64,000 nucleotides of DNA. It comes from Bacteroidales bacterium (GTDB lineage Bacteria; Bacteroidota; Bacteroidia; Bacteroidales; WCHB1-69). Under the pieces are notes generated by a model. The model did no database searches, was not told the DNA's origin, and worked only from the letters and a program-made list of their open reading frames with translations. The stretch spans positions 29,611 to 93,610 of the forward strand of contig JAFRUI010000013.1 of assembly GCA_017438945.1 (NCBI GenBank). Reading direction: 5' to 3'. How positions within the stretch are numbered: the stretch's first letter is position 1; each line of letters opens with the position of its first letter. The translations under genes were made by a program, and so were the position numbers. Positions 26,088-35,050 of this stretch are shown here, in pieces.

Positions 26088-27017
26088 TTACGCAGGTTGT
26101 ATAAAAAAGTTACAACTTTCCATAATTTTTTTTGCAAAGGCCGTGTTAGCGAAGTGGCCAGGGCGGCTTGCGGTAATCTCCGCACACAACGGAACCCCCA
26201 GTAAATAAAGGTCTCCGATGAGGTCGAGCAGCTTGTGACGGGCCGGCTCATTGGGATGACGTAAATGCGTATTATTAAGAATATGATCCGGGGTCACGGT
26301 GATGTCTTTCATGTGGAAAAAGTCGCCGAGCTGGGTCAGCACCTTGCTGTCGGGCACTTTGTCAACGAATACGATGGCGTTGTCAAGGTCGCCGCCGCGC
26401 GCCAGGTTGTTCTGGATCAGGAACTGCAGCTCGTCAAGGAAGACAAAAGTGCGGCAGTTATAGACATCCGGAACGAAATTCTCCAAATTGTCAAGGACCG
26501 CCTCCTGCTCAGCCAAAACCTTCGTGCCGTAATCCACATGCACGGTCATTTTGAAGCGTTTCGCGGGCTTAATGGTGAGTTCTATCTGTTTCTCTGGGAT
26601 GGAGAACGTGATTTCCTCTTTCACAAATCCGATTTTTTTCGGGGAATCGAGCGTCACGATGCCGACCTCTTTGAGCATCTCCACATAAATGCGGGAGCTG
26701 CCGTCAAGAATGGGGGTTTCCGGACCGACGGTCTTCACAAGGACATTGTCGATGCCAAGTCCGGCGAGAGCGGCCATAAGATGCTCAATCGTGTGCACTT
26801 GCGCTTCGCCTTCTTTGATGGAAGTGCCACGGGAGGTGTCAAAAACCGAATTTGGGGTTGCCTTGACAATCGGGTTCCCAGGCAGGTCGGTGCGTTCAAA
26901 CTGGATTCCGAAATCGGCGGGTGCGGGCACAAAGGTGACCGTCACCTGTTGAGCCGTATGTAAACCTCTCCCCGATACGGAAACCGGAGAGGCGATGGTG
27001 GTTTGTAATGATGTCAT
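26088..27017 (-). CDS. lpxC: UDP-3-O-acyl-N-acetylglucosamine deacetylase, stand-alone (no FabZ domain)
   Basis: 309 aa. Motifs: GRGLHTAQQVTVTFVPAPADFGIQF, TIEHLMAALAGLGIDN, HKLLDLIGDLYLLG. It ends right after the LpxC fold (GHFANTAFAKKIM). Confidence 0.85.
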   Translation of the reverse strand: MTSLQTTIASPVSVSGRGLHTAQQVTVTFVPAPADFGIQFERTDLPGNPIVKATPNSVFDTSRGTSIKEGEAQVHTIEHLMAALAGLGIDNVLVKTVGPETPILDGSSRIYVEMLKEVGIVTLDSPKKIGFVKEEITFSIPEKQIELTIKPAKRFKMTVHVDYGTKVLAEQEAVLDNLENFVPDVYNCRTFVFLDELQFLIQNNLARGGDLDNAIVFVDKVPDSKVLTQLGDFFHMKDITVTPDHILNNTHLRHPNEPARHKLLDLIGDLYLLGVPLCAEITASRPGHFANTAFAKKIMESCNFFIQPA

Positions 27018-27022
27018 GAAGG

Positions 27023-28033
27023 TTATTGGTTCTTTTTGTTGTTTATATATTGTTGATACAGTTCAGGTAATTTGCGGCGCAGCACCATGAGTTTGCGCTC
27101 TTCTGAAGCGGGCAGTGCCGGACTTCCGAGGTAAACGCCCTGTTTAAGGGAGTGTGACACGCCGGACTGGGCTCCGATAACGGTGCCGTCGGCTATGGAA
27201 ATGTGGCCCGCGATGCCCGCCTGGCCTGCAATGATGCAGCGGCTTCCGAGTTTCGCGGAACCGGCCACGCCCGCCTGTGCGGCGAAAGCGGTGCCCTCCC
27301 CTACCGTGACGTTGTGCGCGATCTGCACGAGATTGTCGATCTTCACGTGATCGTGGATGCGGGTCGAACCCATCGTGGCGCGGTCGATGCAGGTGTTGGC
27401 ACCAATCTCCACATGGTTGCCGATCTCCACGTTGCCGACTTGCGGGATTTTCAGGTACTCGCCATCCTGCTGGGCAAAGCCGAAACCGTCAGCGCCAATG
27501 ACCGCCCCCGCGTGCAGGATGCAGTCGGTGCCGATGTGGCAGTCCTCATAGACCTTGACCCCTGCGTACAAAGTCGTGCGGGCGCCGATCTTCACGCGGT
27601 CGCCGACAACGGTCTGCGGGTATATGCTCGCGCCGTCGCCGATTTCCGCACCGTCACCGATGCTCACGAACTCGCCGATATAGACGTTTTGCCCGATTTT
27701 TGCGGTTGGGGCGATGCAGGCCTTGTCGGAAACGCCCGTCTTGCGCGGTTTGTTCTGCTGGTAGAAGTTCAGGAGCTGCGCGAAGGCGAGGTAGGAGTTG
27801 GCCACCTTGATGAGCGTGCAGGGGACTTCATGTTCGGGCACAAAGTCCTTGTTGACGATGGCCGCCGTAGCTTTGGTGGTATATAAATATTGTGTGTATT
27901 TCGGATTGGAAAGGAAAGTCAGGCCGCCGGGCACGCCCTCCTCAATTTTGCATATCGTGGTGATCTCAGCATTGGGATTGCCCACCACTTCGGCAGAAAT
28001 CAATTCTGCGATCTGTGCAACGGAGTACTTCAT
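27023..28033 (-). CDS. lpxD: UDP-3-O-(3-hydroxyacyl)glucosamine N-acyltransferase
   Basis: Starts [21 protein letters not shown] long hexapeptide left-handed beta-helix region follows ([26 protein letters not shown]...). Start trimmed to ATG 28033, downstream of the -7 box at 28055. Confidence 0.9.
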   Translation of the reverse strand: MKYSVAQIAELISAEVVGNPNAEITTICKIEEGVPGGLTFLSNPKYTQYLYTTKATAAIVNKDFVPEHEVPCTLIKVANSYLAFAQLLNFYQQNKPRKTGVSDKACIAPTAKIGQNVYIGEFVSIGDGAEIGDGASIYPQTVVGDRVKIGARTTLYAGVKVYEDCHIGTDCILHAGAVIGADGFGFAQQDGEYLKIPQVGNVEIGNHVEIGANTCIDRATMGSTRIHDHVKIDNLVQIAHNVTVGEGTAFAAQAGVAGSAKLGSRCIIAGQAGIAGHISIADGTVIGAQSGVSHSLKQGVYLGSPALPASEERKLMVLRRKLPELYQQYINNKKNQ

Positions 28034-28054
28034 TGTTTGACAATTTTGAGGGTG

Positions 28055-28062
28055 CAAAGGTA
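28055..28062 (-). promoter_or_regulatory. -7 promoter box (TACCTTTG on the minus strand) for lpxD-lpxC
   Basis: Plus strand reads caaaggta. It lies 22 nt upstream of ATG 28033. Confidence 0.55.
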
Positions 28063-28084
28063 CACTTTTTTTGGTAATGACTAA

Positions 28085-28112
28085 GTAGAGGCGAATAATC
28101 ATTCGCCCCTAC
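28085..28112. terminator. GTAG-family hairpin (GTAGAGGCGAAT-aatc-ATTCGCCCCTAC)
   Basis: 12-bp stem with 1 mismatch, lying between the tRNA-Ser promoter and the lpxD promoter. On the minus strand it could insulate lpxD from upstream transcription. Confidence 0.5.
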
Positions 28113-28174
28113 GAACAATCACTTCTCGGAAAAAAGATTTTTTTCACAAGATGTCGTCGTATCAAAAAAAAGTG

Positions 28175-28182
28175 TATTTTTG
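28175..28182 (+). promoter_or_regulatory. -7 promoter box (TATTTTTG) for tRNA-Ser
   Basis: aaaagtgTATTTTTGccgcc, 26 nt upstream of the tRNA 5' end. Confidence 0.6.
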
Positions 28183-28207
28183 CCGCCGATTTCAGAAATG
28201 AAACCAC

Positions 28208-28294
28208 GGAGAGGTGGGTGAGTGGCTGAAACCACCAGTTTGCTAAACTGACGAAGGGGTAACTCTTCCGCGAGTTCGAATCTCGCTCTCTCCG
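28208..28294 (+). tRNA. tRNA-Ser (anticodon GCU)
   Basis: GGAGAGG acceptor stem paired with TCTCTCC. D arm is GGTG...CACC. Anticodon loop is TTGCTAA. A long variable arm (cgaaggggtaactcttccg) is typical of class II tRNAs. T arm is GCGAGTTCGAATCTCGC. Folded by hand; CCA is not encoded. Confidence 0.85.
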
Positions 28295-28303
28295 CAAAAC
28301 CCT

Positions 28304-28338
28304 GTAGAGACGTTTCATGAAACGTCTCTACGTGTTTT
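28304..28338 (+). terminator. Perfect palindromic hairpin plus T-run after tRNA-Ser (GTAG-family, GTAGAGACG type)
   Basis: GTAGAGACGTTTCATGAAACGTCTCTAC is a 28-nt perfect palindrome at 28304-28331, followed by gtgtttt. Being palindromic, it could also terminate the convergent ABC-F transcript. Confidence 0.75.
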
Positions 28339-28370
28339 AAATTCTAAAAAAAAACTGGTTGTTGATTTTT

Positions 28371-30296
28371 TTATTCGCTCAGTTCCAGCCATTCCATCTC
28401 TTTCGCTTCGATGTCGGCCTTGATTGATTCGTAAGCTTGGTACAGCTCGCCAGAGGCGATGGCTTCCGCGTTGCCTTCTGGATTGGCCAACCGCTCCTCG
28501 GTGTCAGCCAACAGACGCTGCAACAACTCCAACTCATCCTCCAGCTTGCGCAAACGGTTCTTCTTCTTCCTATCGTCGGCCTCCCGCTGCTTTTTCTGTT
28601 CCCACAACTCTTTGTTGCTGGACACCTTCTCGCCGGAAGCACTGGATGTGGTAACGTTCCGGTTTTGTAATTCGTTGAGCGTCTCCATCTTACGCTGCGC
28701 CAAGAAATCATAGACATCGCCGACGAAAGCATGCATCTGATGGTTCTTGAACTCATAGACCTTGGAAGTCAACCCTTGCAGGAAGTCACGGTCGTGGGAG
28801 ACGAGAATCAGACTGCCTTCGTACTGCAACAGGGCGTTTTTGAGCACATCCTTGGAAGGCATGTCTAGATGATTAGTCGGCTCGTCGAGAATAAGCAGAT
28901 TGAAGGGGGACAGCAACAGTTTCGCCAACGCGAGCCGCGCCTTTTCGCCTCCGGAAAGCACTTTCACTTTTTTTTCGGTATCTTCCGTGTCGAAAAGGAA
29001 ACTGCCGAGGATGGTGCGGATTTTGGGTCTTATATCGCCAACCGCCACATCGTCAATGGTCTCGAAAACCGTCTTTTCGGGGTTGAGCAGCTGCGCCTGG
29101 TTCTGTGCATAGTAACCTACAACCACTTGATAACCAAGCTGCAATTCACCGCTCTCGGAGGGCAGTGCACCTACGATGGCTTTCACCATAGTCGATTTGC
29201 CCTCTCCATTTCGACCCACGAATGCCACCCGTTCACCACGTTCCAAACGGAAATCCACCCCTTTGAGCACACCCGGTTTTGTATTATAACCCAAGCTGAG
29301 ATTCTTGCTCTCCACCACCACCAGTCCGGAATGCGGCGCAGGTGGGAATTTGAACGAAATGGAACTTTTGTCGTATTCGTCCACCTCCACACGATCCATC
29401 TTCTCCAACATCTTGATCCGGCTCTGCACCTGACGCGCTTTGGTGGCCTTATAGCGGAAGCGTTCGATAAACCGCTCGATCTGCGCGATTTCTTTTTGCT
29501 GGTTTTCATACGCGGACTGCTGGCTCTCAATGCGTTCAAGACGCTGTTCCACATATTTGGAGTAGCTGCACTTGTAATCCTGAATATTCCCCAACGTGAT
29601 CTCAATGGTACGGTTGGTCACACGGTCAAGGAAAGCGCGGTCGTGGGAGACCAGAATGACACATCCGTCATAATTGGCCAAGTAATCCTCCAGCCACTGG
29701 ATGGATTCGATGTCAAGATGGTTGGTGGGCTCGTCCAAAAGGATGATTTCGGGTTTTTGGAGGAGGATTTTGGCAAGACAGACACGCATCTGCCAGCCAT
29801 TGCTGAAAGAGGACATCGGTTGGTGGAACTCCTCACGCAAGAAACCCATACCAGCCAACACCTTCTCCGTTTCGGCCTCTATCATATTGCCACCAAGGTG
29901 GTTATATCTGTCGTTCAAGTCGGAAAGTTGCTGGGTCAGCTGGGCATACCCTTCAGATTCGTAATCCGTGCGTTCGGCCAGCTCGTTGGATATCTGCTGC
30001 ATTTTGCGCTCCATGATGCGAATTTCCTCAAACGCGGAGACCGTCTCGTCCCAAACGGAAAGTGTGGATGTTCCGGCGAGTTCCTGCGGCAAATACCCTA
30101 CCCTATGTCCAGAGGTGATGACCATCGTTCCCGACGCCGGCTCTATGTCCCGATGGATAATCTTCAACAACGTCGATTTCCCCGCACCATTATGCCCCAC
30201 AAGCCCGATACGGTCCTTGTCACCCGCCACAAACGAGATATCCTTGAACAGGAAATCTCCCGTGAAATTGACTGACAGTTTGTTGATTTGAATCAT
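28371..30296 (-). CDS. ABC-F family ATPase with two ABC domains and a C-terminal coiled-coil
   Basis: 641 aa. Two Walker A sites (GHNGAGKSTLLK, GRNGEGKSTMVK). Two signature motifs (FSNGWQMRV, LSGGEKARLALA). No TM segments. The C-terminus is K/E-rich. Confidence 0.9.
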   Translation of the reverse strand: MIQINKLSVNFTGDFLFKDISFVAGDKDRIGLVGHNGAGKSTLLKIIHRDIEPASGTMVITSGHRVGYLPQELAGTSTLSVWDETVSAFEEIRIMERKMQQISNELAERTDYESEGYAQLTQQLSDLNDRYNHLGGNMIEAETEKVLAGMGFLREEFHQPMSSFSNGWQMRVCLAKILLQKPEIILLDEPTNHLDIESIQWLEDYLANYDGCVILVSHDRAFLDRVTNRTIEITLGNIQDYKCSYSKYVEQRLERIESQQSAYENQQKEIAQIERFIERFRYKATKARQVQSRIKMLEKMDRVEVDEYDKSSISFKFPPAPHSGLVVVESKNLSLGYNTKPGVLKGVDFRLERGERVAFVGRNGEGKSTMVKAIVGALPSESGELQLGYQVVVGYYAQNQAQLLNPEKTVFETIDDVAVGDIRPKIRTILGSFLFDTEDTEKKVKVLSGGEKARLALAKLLLSPFNLLILDEPTNHLDMPSKDVLKNALLQYEGSLILVSHDRDFLQGLTSKVYEFKNHQMHAFVGDVYDFLAQRKMETLNELQNRNVTTSSASGEKVSSNKELWEQKKQREADDRKKKNRLRKLEDELELLQRLLADTEERLANPEGNAEAIASGELYQAYESIKADIEAKEMEWLELSE

Positions 30297-30301
30297 TAAG
30301 T

Positions 30302-30337
30302 AATGGTTATGGGTTATTGGTTATGGGTTATTGAAGC
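30302..30337 (-). repeat. GGTTATG-word element, copy E2, 5 nt upstream of the ABC-F start
   Basis: aatggttatgggttattggttatgggttattgaagc. It has 36 nt with 1 mismatch to 34929-34964 in direct orientation. Its reverse complement starts with the same 20 nt as 21542-21561. Confidence 0.9.
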
Positions 30338-30350
30338 TTGGTGTATCGCA

Positions 30351-31514
30351 TCACCGTCTCAGCATCTCAAACGGATCCTCTTTCTGATTTTCAAGATAGG
30401 AGATTTTGCCGATGTTGAGCAGCATACCCATGGCACAGCCGGAGACAAACAGGGAGGCACCACCACTGCTGATGAACGGCAGGGTTTGTCCTGTGGTGGG
30501 CAACAGCTCGCAGTTCACCCCGATATGCACCAGTGCCTGACAGGTGAACCAGAATCCTATGCCGAAGGCCAGGATCCTCCCGAATGTGCCTGTCGCCTCT
30601 TTGGCGATTTTCCGCGCTCGATAAAAGATGATCAGATAGGACAGGAGCACCAACACGCCGACCACGATGCCGGTTTCTTCAAACAATGACGCAAAAGCAT
30701 AGTCTGTTTCTTTCTCGGGCAGACGGTTTTTGATAACCCCCTTTCCTGGACCGGCAGGGTTGAAGCCAGAGCGTGCTATGGCAGACCTTGCCAGAATCAT
30801 CTGGTCTCCATATCCGTCACTGTTGTCTTTGGTGATGTAATATTCCCACCTGTTGATAAATGTCGCCATACGGCCTATTTTCGCCTTCTTGTCATCACTC
30901 AGGTTGGCCACTATGATCACAGCCACCAGAAGGATCGCGGACACGATTCCGATCATGCCGGCAATATCCTTCAGCTTGAAGCCTCCCACAAAGAAAATAA
31001 CCATTCCTGTTATGAATAGAATAATGGCAGTGGACATGTTCATGGTGGCGATGCCGACACAGAAGCCACCCAACAAGAGGAAGAGGAACCGGACATTGGC
31101 GCTGGTCAGTTCCCCATGGTTATGATACTGCCGTGCAATATAGTTGGATATGTAGAAGATTATCAGGAAGCCGATAAAGTAGAACGTCTGCACATCTCGC
31201 CCGAAAATGGTGACACCGCGCACCGCCTGTGACAACATGGTGAGGATCAACAGCCCAGCGGCAACAAAGAGGAAAACGGGGGCGAAAACGCCCAGTTTGC
31301 GATAATCGAACTGATACACAACAAACATCCCGACATATCCGAACAACAGATGCTTCAGGTGCTGGAGCACAATGTTGCCACGCATACTATAAACCATGAC
31401 AATGGATATAGCCGTCAGAAATATCACCACTATGGGGATGATATTGTCCGTTTTCAGCTTAATTCTGTGCAACAGAGGCACTCTAGGGGCGTCAATGTTA
31501 GTCTCCATGACCAT
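30351..31514 (-). CDS. ftsW: FtsW/RodA/SpoVE-family (SEDS) cell-division protein
   Basis: 387 aa, polytopic. C-terminal SEDS motifs (DYAFASLFEETG, TGQTLPFISSGGASL). Occupies the dcw-cluster position. Confidence 0.85.
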   Translation of the reverse strand: MVMETNIDAPRVPLLHRIKLKTDNIIPIVVIFLTAISIVMVYSMRGNIVLQHLKHLLFGYVGMFVVYQFDYRKLGVFAPVFLFVAAGLLILTMLSQAVRGVTIFGRDVQTFYFIGFLIIFYISNYIARQYHNHGELTSANVRFLFLLLGGFCVGIATMNMSTAIILFITGMVIFFVGGFKLKDIAGMIGIVSAILLVAVIIVANLSDDKKAKIGRMATFINRWEYYITKDNSDGYGDQMILARSAIARSGFNPAGPGKGVIKNRLPEKETDYAFASLFEETGIVVGVLVLLSYLIIFYRARKIAKEATGTFGRILAFGIGFWFTCQALVHIGVNCELLPTTGQTLPFISSGGASLFVSGCAMGMLLNIGKISYLENQKEDPFEMLRR

Positions 31515-31520
31515 GACGGT

Positions 31521-32078
31521 TTATAGTTGTGCGACAGCCGCCTTGAATTTGTCCCCACGCTCACGGTATGTAAGCTGGCCATTTCCATGAATTCCAGGAG
31601 CATACAACACCAAATCACCCTTTTGACAAGCATAAAAAGCGTGATTGACGGCATCTTCCATGCTCATGGTCATCATTACGGGGACACCCATCTCGGACAG
31701 CCTTTGGTAAACGTCAATATTATACACTCCTTGCAAAACGACCTCCTTCACCTTTGATTTCACCTCTGACAAGACATCCTCCGTAAGGGCGTCAAGAGAG
31801 TCGATATTGGTGATCCAAACGGTGGGCTTGGTCATGGACTGCAGCGAATACCACACCGCATTGGCCGTCGTGGAACGCGCGTCATCCACAAAGTCAACGC
31901 CCGAGAAGCTTTTGACATGTTCCAGCTTATGGGCATTTCCCTCGAAATCAGCAAGAGATTCGGCAATGTTCCGTTGACGTAATTTGATAAGTTGTTCAGA
32001 AAGTGTGCCAACACGTGGATTGGCGGTCTCGCGCGCTTGCTCAAACAAGCGGAAGCTGTTGGTTTTTTTAGTCGGCAT
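31521..32078 (-). CDS. MurD C-terminal-domain-only protein (185 aa), a remnant or stand-alone Mur-ligase C-domain
   Basis: Aligns by eye only to the last ~170 aa of MurD: LADFEGNAHKLEHV matches F.GL.HR.E.V, and GVDFVDDARSTTANA matches G..NDSKATN. It ends ERGDKFKAAVAQL. No Rossmann N-domain and no GxxGKT/S P-loop. Only 93 nt separate it from the mraY stop. Confidence 0.6.
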   Translation of the reverse strand: MPTKKTNSFRLFEQARETANPRVGTLSEQLIKLRQRNIAESLADFEGNAHKLEHVKSFSGVDFVDDARSTTANAVWYSLQSMTKPTVWITNIDSLDALTEDVLSEVKSKVKEVVLQGVYNIDVYQRLSEMGVPVMMTMSMEDAVNHAFYACQKGDLVLYAPGIHGNGQLTYRERGDKFKAAVAQL

Positions 32079-32171
32079 AATGGTTTTGGTTTATTATTCT
32101 ACTTACTTTTATTTATCCAATTATCATATTATCTAATCATCGTTTCATCGTTTCATCGTCTCATCCTCCAA
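32079..32171. repeat. AT-rich spacer ending in a TCATCGT-word array, at the place where the murD 5' two-thirds should be
   Basis: ...aatcatcgtttcatcgtttcatcgtctcatcctcc (32136-32170). The same word family occurs at 39446-39486. Confidence 0.8.
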
Positions 32172-33434
32172 CTACCTGACTTTCAAAGTCACTATAGCCA
32201 AGACTGCGAGAATCATGCTGACCACTATGAATCGTTGTACAATTTTCGATTCATGAAGGCCTTTTTTCTGGAAATGGTGGTGCAGTGGTGCCATCAAGAA
32301 GATCCGGCGCCCTTCGCCATACCGTTTCTTAGTGTATTTGAAATAGGACACCTGCATGATTACCGATATGGACTGGGCCAAATAGACACCGCAAAGAATA
32401 GGGATGAGGAGTTCTTTGCGGATGATGATGCATGACACCGCCACAATGCCGCCTAAGGTAAGGCTTCCGGTGTCACCCATGAATACCTGAGCGGGATAAC
32501 AGTTCCACCAATAAAACCCGATACAGGCGCCAATCACGGCAGAAATGAAAATCACCAACTCCCCTATATTCGGGATATACATGATATTCAAATAGTTGGC
32601 AAATATCACGTTACCCGAGACATACGCCAGGATAGCTATACCGACCGCGATGGAGGCGGTCGTCCCTGTCGCTAACCCATCCAGTCCGTCAGTGAGGTTC
32701 GCCCCGTTGGAGACGGCGGCTATGATGAACACAATGATCGGGATGAAAAGCAGAAATGACCATCTTCCACTCTTGTCTCCCATCCAGCGGGTGAGTGCTG
32801 AATAGTCCAACTCGTGATTCTTCACAAAAGGAATCGTGGTCTTAGAGGAGTGATGGGGTTCATCAAACAGTTTGGGCGTGTTGGCTTTCTCCTGATTCTC
32901 CACCTGCAACAGCTCGTTGGGGCTCACCTGTGTCAACGATTGTTTCTGCACTTTCTTCTCGCTAATCATCGCATCGGGATGGAAATACATGGTTGCACCC
33001 ACTAATAGGCCAAGGATAATCTGCCCGATCAGTTTTTTTCTCGGGGAGAGCCCATCTTTGTTCTTCTTGAACACCTTGATATAGTCGTCGGCAAAACCTA
33101 ATATTCCTAACCATATCGTGGTGAAAATCATCAGGATAATGTAAATATTGGTGAGATTACAAAGCAGCAGCACAGGAATGAGGATAGCCGCGATGATGAT
33201 CAGTCCACCCATGGTCGGGGTTCCCGCTTTCTCGCTTTGGCCCGCAAGCCCCAAATCGCGCACGCTTTCACCTATCTGTTTCTTTTTCAAAAATTGAATG
33301 AAGTATTTTCCTATGAAAACAGATATGAACAATGCCAACACAAAAGCCATTGCGGAACGGAACGAGATGTACTGGAAAATCCGAGTCCCGTGATAGCCGC
33401 TTTCATGAAGCCAAGAAAACAGATGATACAACAT
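32172..33434 (-). CDS. mraY: Phospho-N-acetylmuramoyl-pentapeptide transferase
   Basis: 420 aa, polytopic. Motifs: [31 protein letters not shown]. Confidence 0.9.
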   Translation of the reverse strand: MLYHLFSWLHESGYHGTRIFQYISFRSAMAFVLALFISVFIGKYFIQFLKKKQIGESVRDLGLAGQSEKAGTPTMGGLIIIAAILIPVLLLCNLTNIYIILMIFTTIWLGILGFADDYIKVFKKNKDGLSPRKKLIGQIILGLLVGATMYFHPDAMISEKKVQKQSLTQVSPNELLQVENQEKANTPKLFDEPHHSSKTTIPFVKNHELDYSALTRWMGDKSGRWSFLLFIPIIVFIIAAVSNGANLTDGLDGLATGTTASIAVGIAILAYVSGNVIFANYLNIMYIPNIGELVIFISAVIGACIGFYWWNCYPAQVFMGDTGSLTLGGIVAVSCIIIRKELLIPILCGVYLAQSISVIMQVSYFKYTKKRYGEGRRIFLMAPLHHHFQKKGLHESKIVQRFIVVSMILAVLAIVTLKVR

Positions 33435-33445
33435 AATCTACTGAC

Positions 33446-34918
33446 TTATTTGATGTTGAAAAAATTCTTTATTTCCTCCGTGTCGTCAAAATGATGTTTG
33501 ACGTGGTTGATTTCCTGATAGTTCTCATGACCTTTCCCCGCAACCAACAGAACGCCGTCGGATGGCAGCATCATGCAAGCCGTCTTGATGGCTTCATGAC
33601 GGTTTTCGATGACCAGCACATGCTTCGCTTTGCTTGCAGGAACCCCTTTCTGCATATCATCCAGGATAGCCATGGGGTCTTCGGTGCGCGGGTTGTCGGA
33701 GGTCAGCAGCACCTTGGAACTGTACTTGCAGGCAATCTCCGCCATTTCGGGCCGCTTCAGCGCGTCACGGTCACCGCCACAGCCCACCACCGTAATCACC
33801 TCGGCCTCCTTGCCCACAATGTCGCGGATGGTTTTCAGCACGTTCTCGAGCGCATCCGGCGTGTGTGCGTAATCGACAATGGCAGTGCCTCCATTTTCAG
33901 AATGCAGCATCTGAAAACGCCCTGCCGCACTCTCCAACATACTCATCCGCGCGAGCGCGTCATACTCGTCCATCCCCAACAACACAGCGGCTCCATAAAT
34001 GGCCAATAAGTTGTATGCATTGAATTTCCCGCACAAGCGGAAAAAGACTTCGCGATTGTTGATGCGCATGTGCAAACCCGAAAAGGCATTCTCCATCACG
34101 ACCCCCTTGAAATCGGCTGCGGTGCGCAAACTGTAAGTATGAATGGCTGCTTTCGTGTTCTGCACCATCACACGCCCGTTCTTGTCATCCACGTTGGTGA
34201 GTGCAAAAGCGGATTTCGAGAGTTTGTCGAAAAAGGACTTTTTCGCGGCAATATAATTGGCAAACGTCTTGTGGAAGTCCAAATGGTCATGGGTGATGTT
34301 GCTGAAGATAGCTCCGGCAAAGCGCAGTCCGGACACACGATGTTGGCAAAGTGCGTGCGAACTCACCTCCATAAAGCAGTATTCGCAATGACGGTCCACC
34401 ATTTGCGCGAGCAACTGGTTGAGTTCCACAGCGTCGGGAGTGGTGTGCGTGGACGGGATCTCCTCATCCCCGACTTTATTCACTATCGTGGAGAGCAGAC
34501 CTGTCTGGTGACCGGCAGACATGAACAAACGGTGCAAAAGCGTCACTGTCGTGGTCTTGCCGTTGGTACCGGTAATGCCGACCAGTTTCAGCTTGCGGCT
34601 CGGATGGTCGTAATACGCATCCGCCAATTGCCCCAACGCCACAGAGCTGTCCGCCACCTTGATGTAGCAAACCTCCTTGTCCAAAGTCTCCGGCAGTGTT
34701 TCACAAACCACCGCACGACACCCTTGAGCAATCGCCGCAGCAATGTACTTGTGCCCATCGGTTTGTGTACCACGTTGTGCCACATAAAGTTGCGAACATC
34801 CTTTCGGCTGTGTCGCCACGCGCCGCGAATCAAACAGGATCTCCGTGATTTCAATCCCCGGATTTCCCGTCAGCTCACAGCTACGCAGCGCTTTCAACAA
34901 TATATCTAATGGTTTCAT
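33446..34918 (-). CDS. murE: UDP-N-acetylmuramoyl-L-alanyl-D-glutamate--2,6-diaminopimelate ligase
   Basis: 490 aa. GITGTNGKTT P-loop. DYAHTPDALENVL. The C-terminal DNPR motif (LTSDNPRTEDP) indicates DAP specificity. Confidence 0.9.
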   Translation of the reverse strand: MKPLDILLKALRSCELTGNPGIEITEILFDSRRVATQPKGCSQLYVAQRGTQTDGHKYIAAAIAQGCRAVVCETLPETLDKEVCYIKVADSSVALGQLADAYYDHPSRKLKLVGITGTNGKTTTVTLLHRLFMSAGHQTGLLSTIVNKVGDEEIPSTHTTPDAVELNQLLAQMVDRHCEYCFMEVSSHALCQHRVSGLRFAGAIFSNITHDHLDFHKTFANYIAAKKSFFDKLSKSAFALTNVDDKNGRVMVQNTKAAIHTYSLRTAADFKGVVMENAFSGLHMRINNREVFFRLCGKFNAYNLLAIYGAAVLLGMDEYDALARMSMLESAAGRFQMLHSENGGTAIVDYAHTPDALENVLKTIRDIVGKEAEVITVVGCGGDRDALKRPEMAEIACKYSSKVLLTSDNPRTEDPMAILDDMQKGVPASKAKHVLVIENRHEAIKTACMMLPSDGVLLVAGKGHENYQEINHVKHHFDDTEEIKNFFNIK

Positions 34919-34928
34919 TGTCTTTTTT

Positions 34929-35022
34929 AATGGTTATGGGTTATAGGTTATGGGTTATTGAAGCGGGGTTATAGGTTAAGAGGTTATAGAGGTTAGGAGG
35001 TTAGAAGGTTATGGTTTATTCC
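34929..35022 (-). repeat. GGTTATG/GGTTAKR-word element, copy E3 plus extension, 10 nt upstream of the murE start
   Basis: aatggttatgggttataggttatgggttattgaagc, followed by ggggttataggttaagaggttatagaggttaggaggttagaaggttatggtttatt. Confidence 0.9.
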
Positions 35023-35050
35023 TTGACATCCCGGCAGGGATGAAAGCTCG

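Noticed and set aside
28208-28294. tRNA-Ser as the integration site of a genomic island, given the mosaic gene content of 21.6-30.3 kb.
   Set aside because: No integrase or other mobility gene is in the window. I found no second copy of the tRNA 3' end (cgagttcgaatctcgctctctccg) that would mark an att duplication.
28869-30275. A 468-aa plus-strand ORF opposite the ABC-F gene. Similar cases are 35268-36764 (498 aa) opposite ftsI, 34070-34909 opposite murE, 24418-25032 opposite the coiled-coil gene, and 1092-1652 opposite the LytTR gene.
   Set aside because: All are shadow ORFs on the strand opposite genes with unmistakable family motifs (Walker A/B, STFK/KTGT, Mur ligase P-loop). None has a promoter box or recognisable domains.
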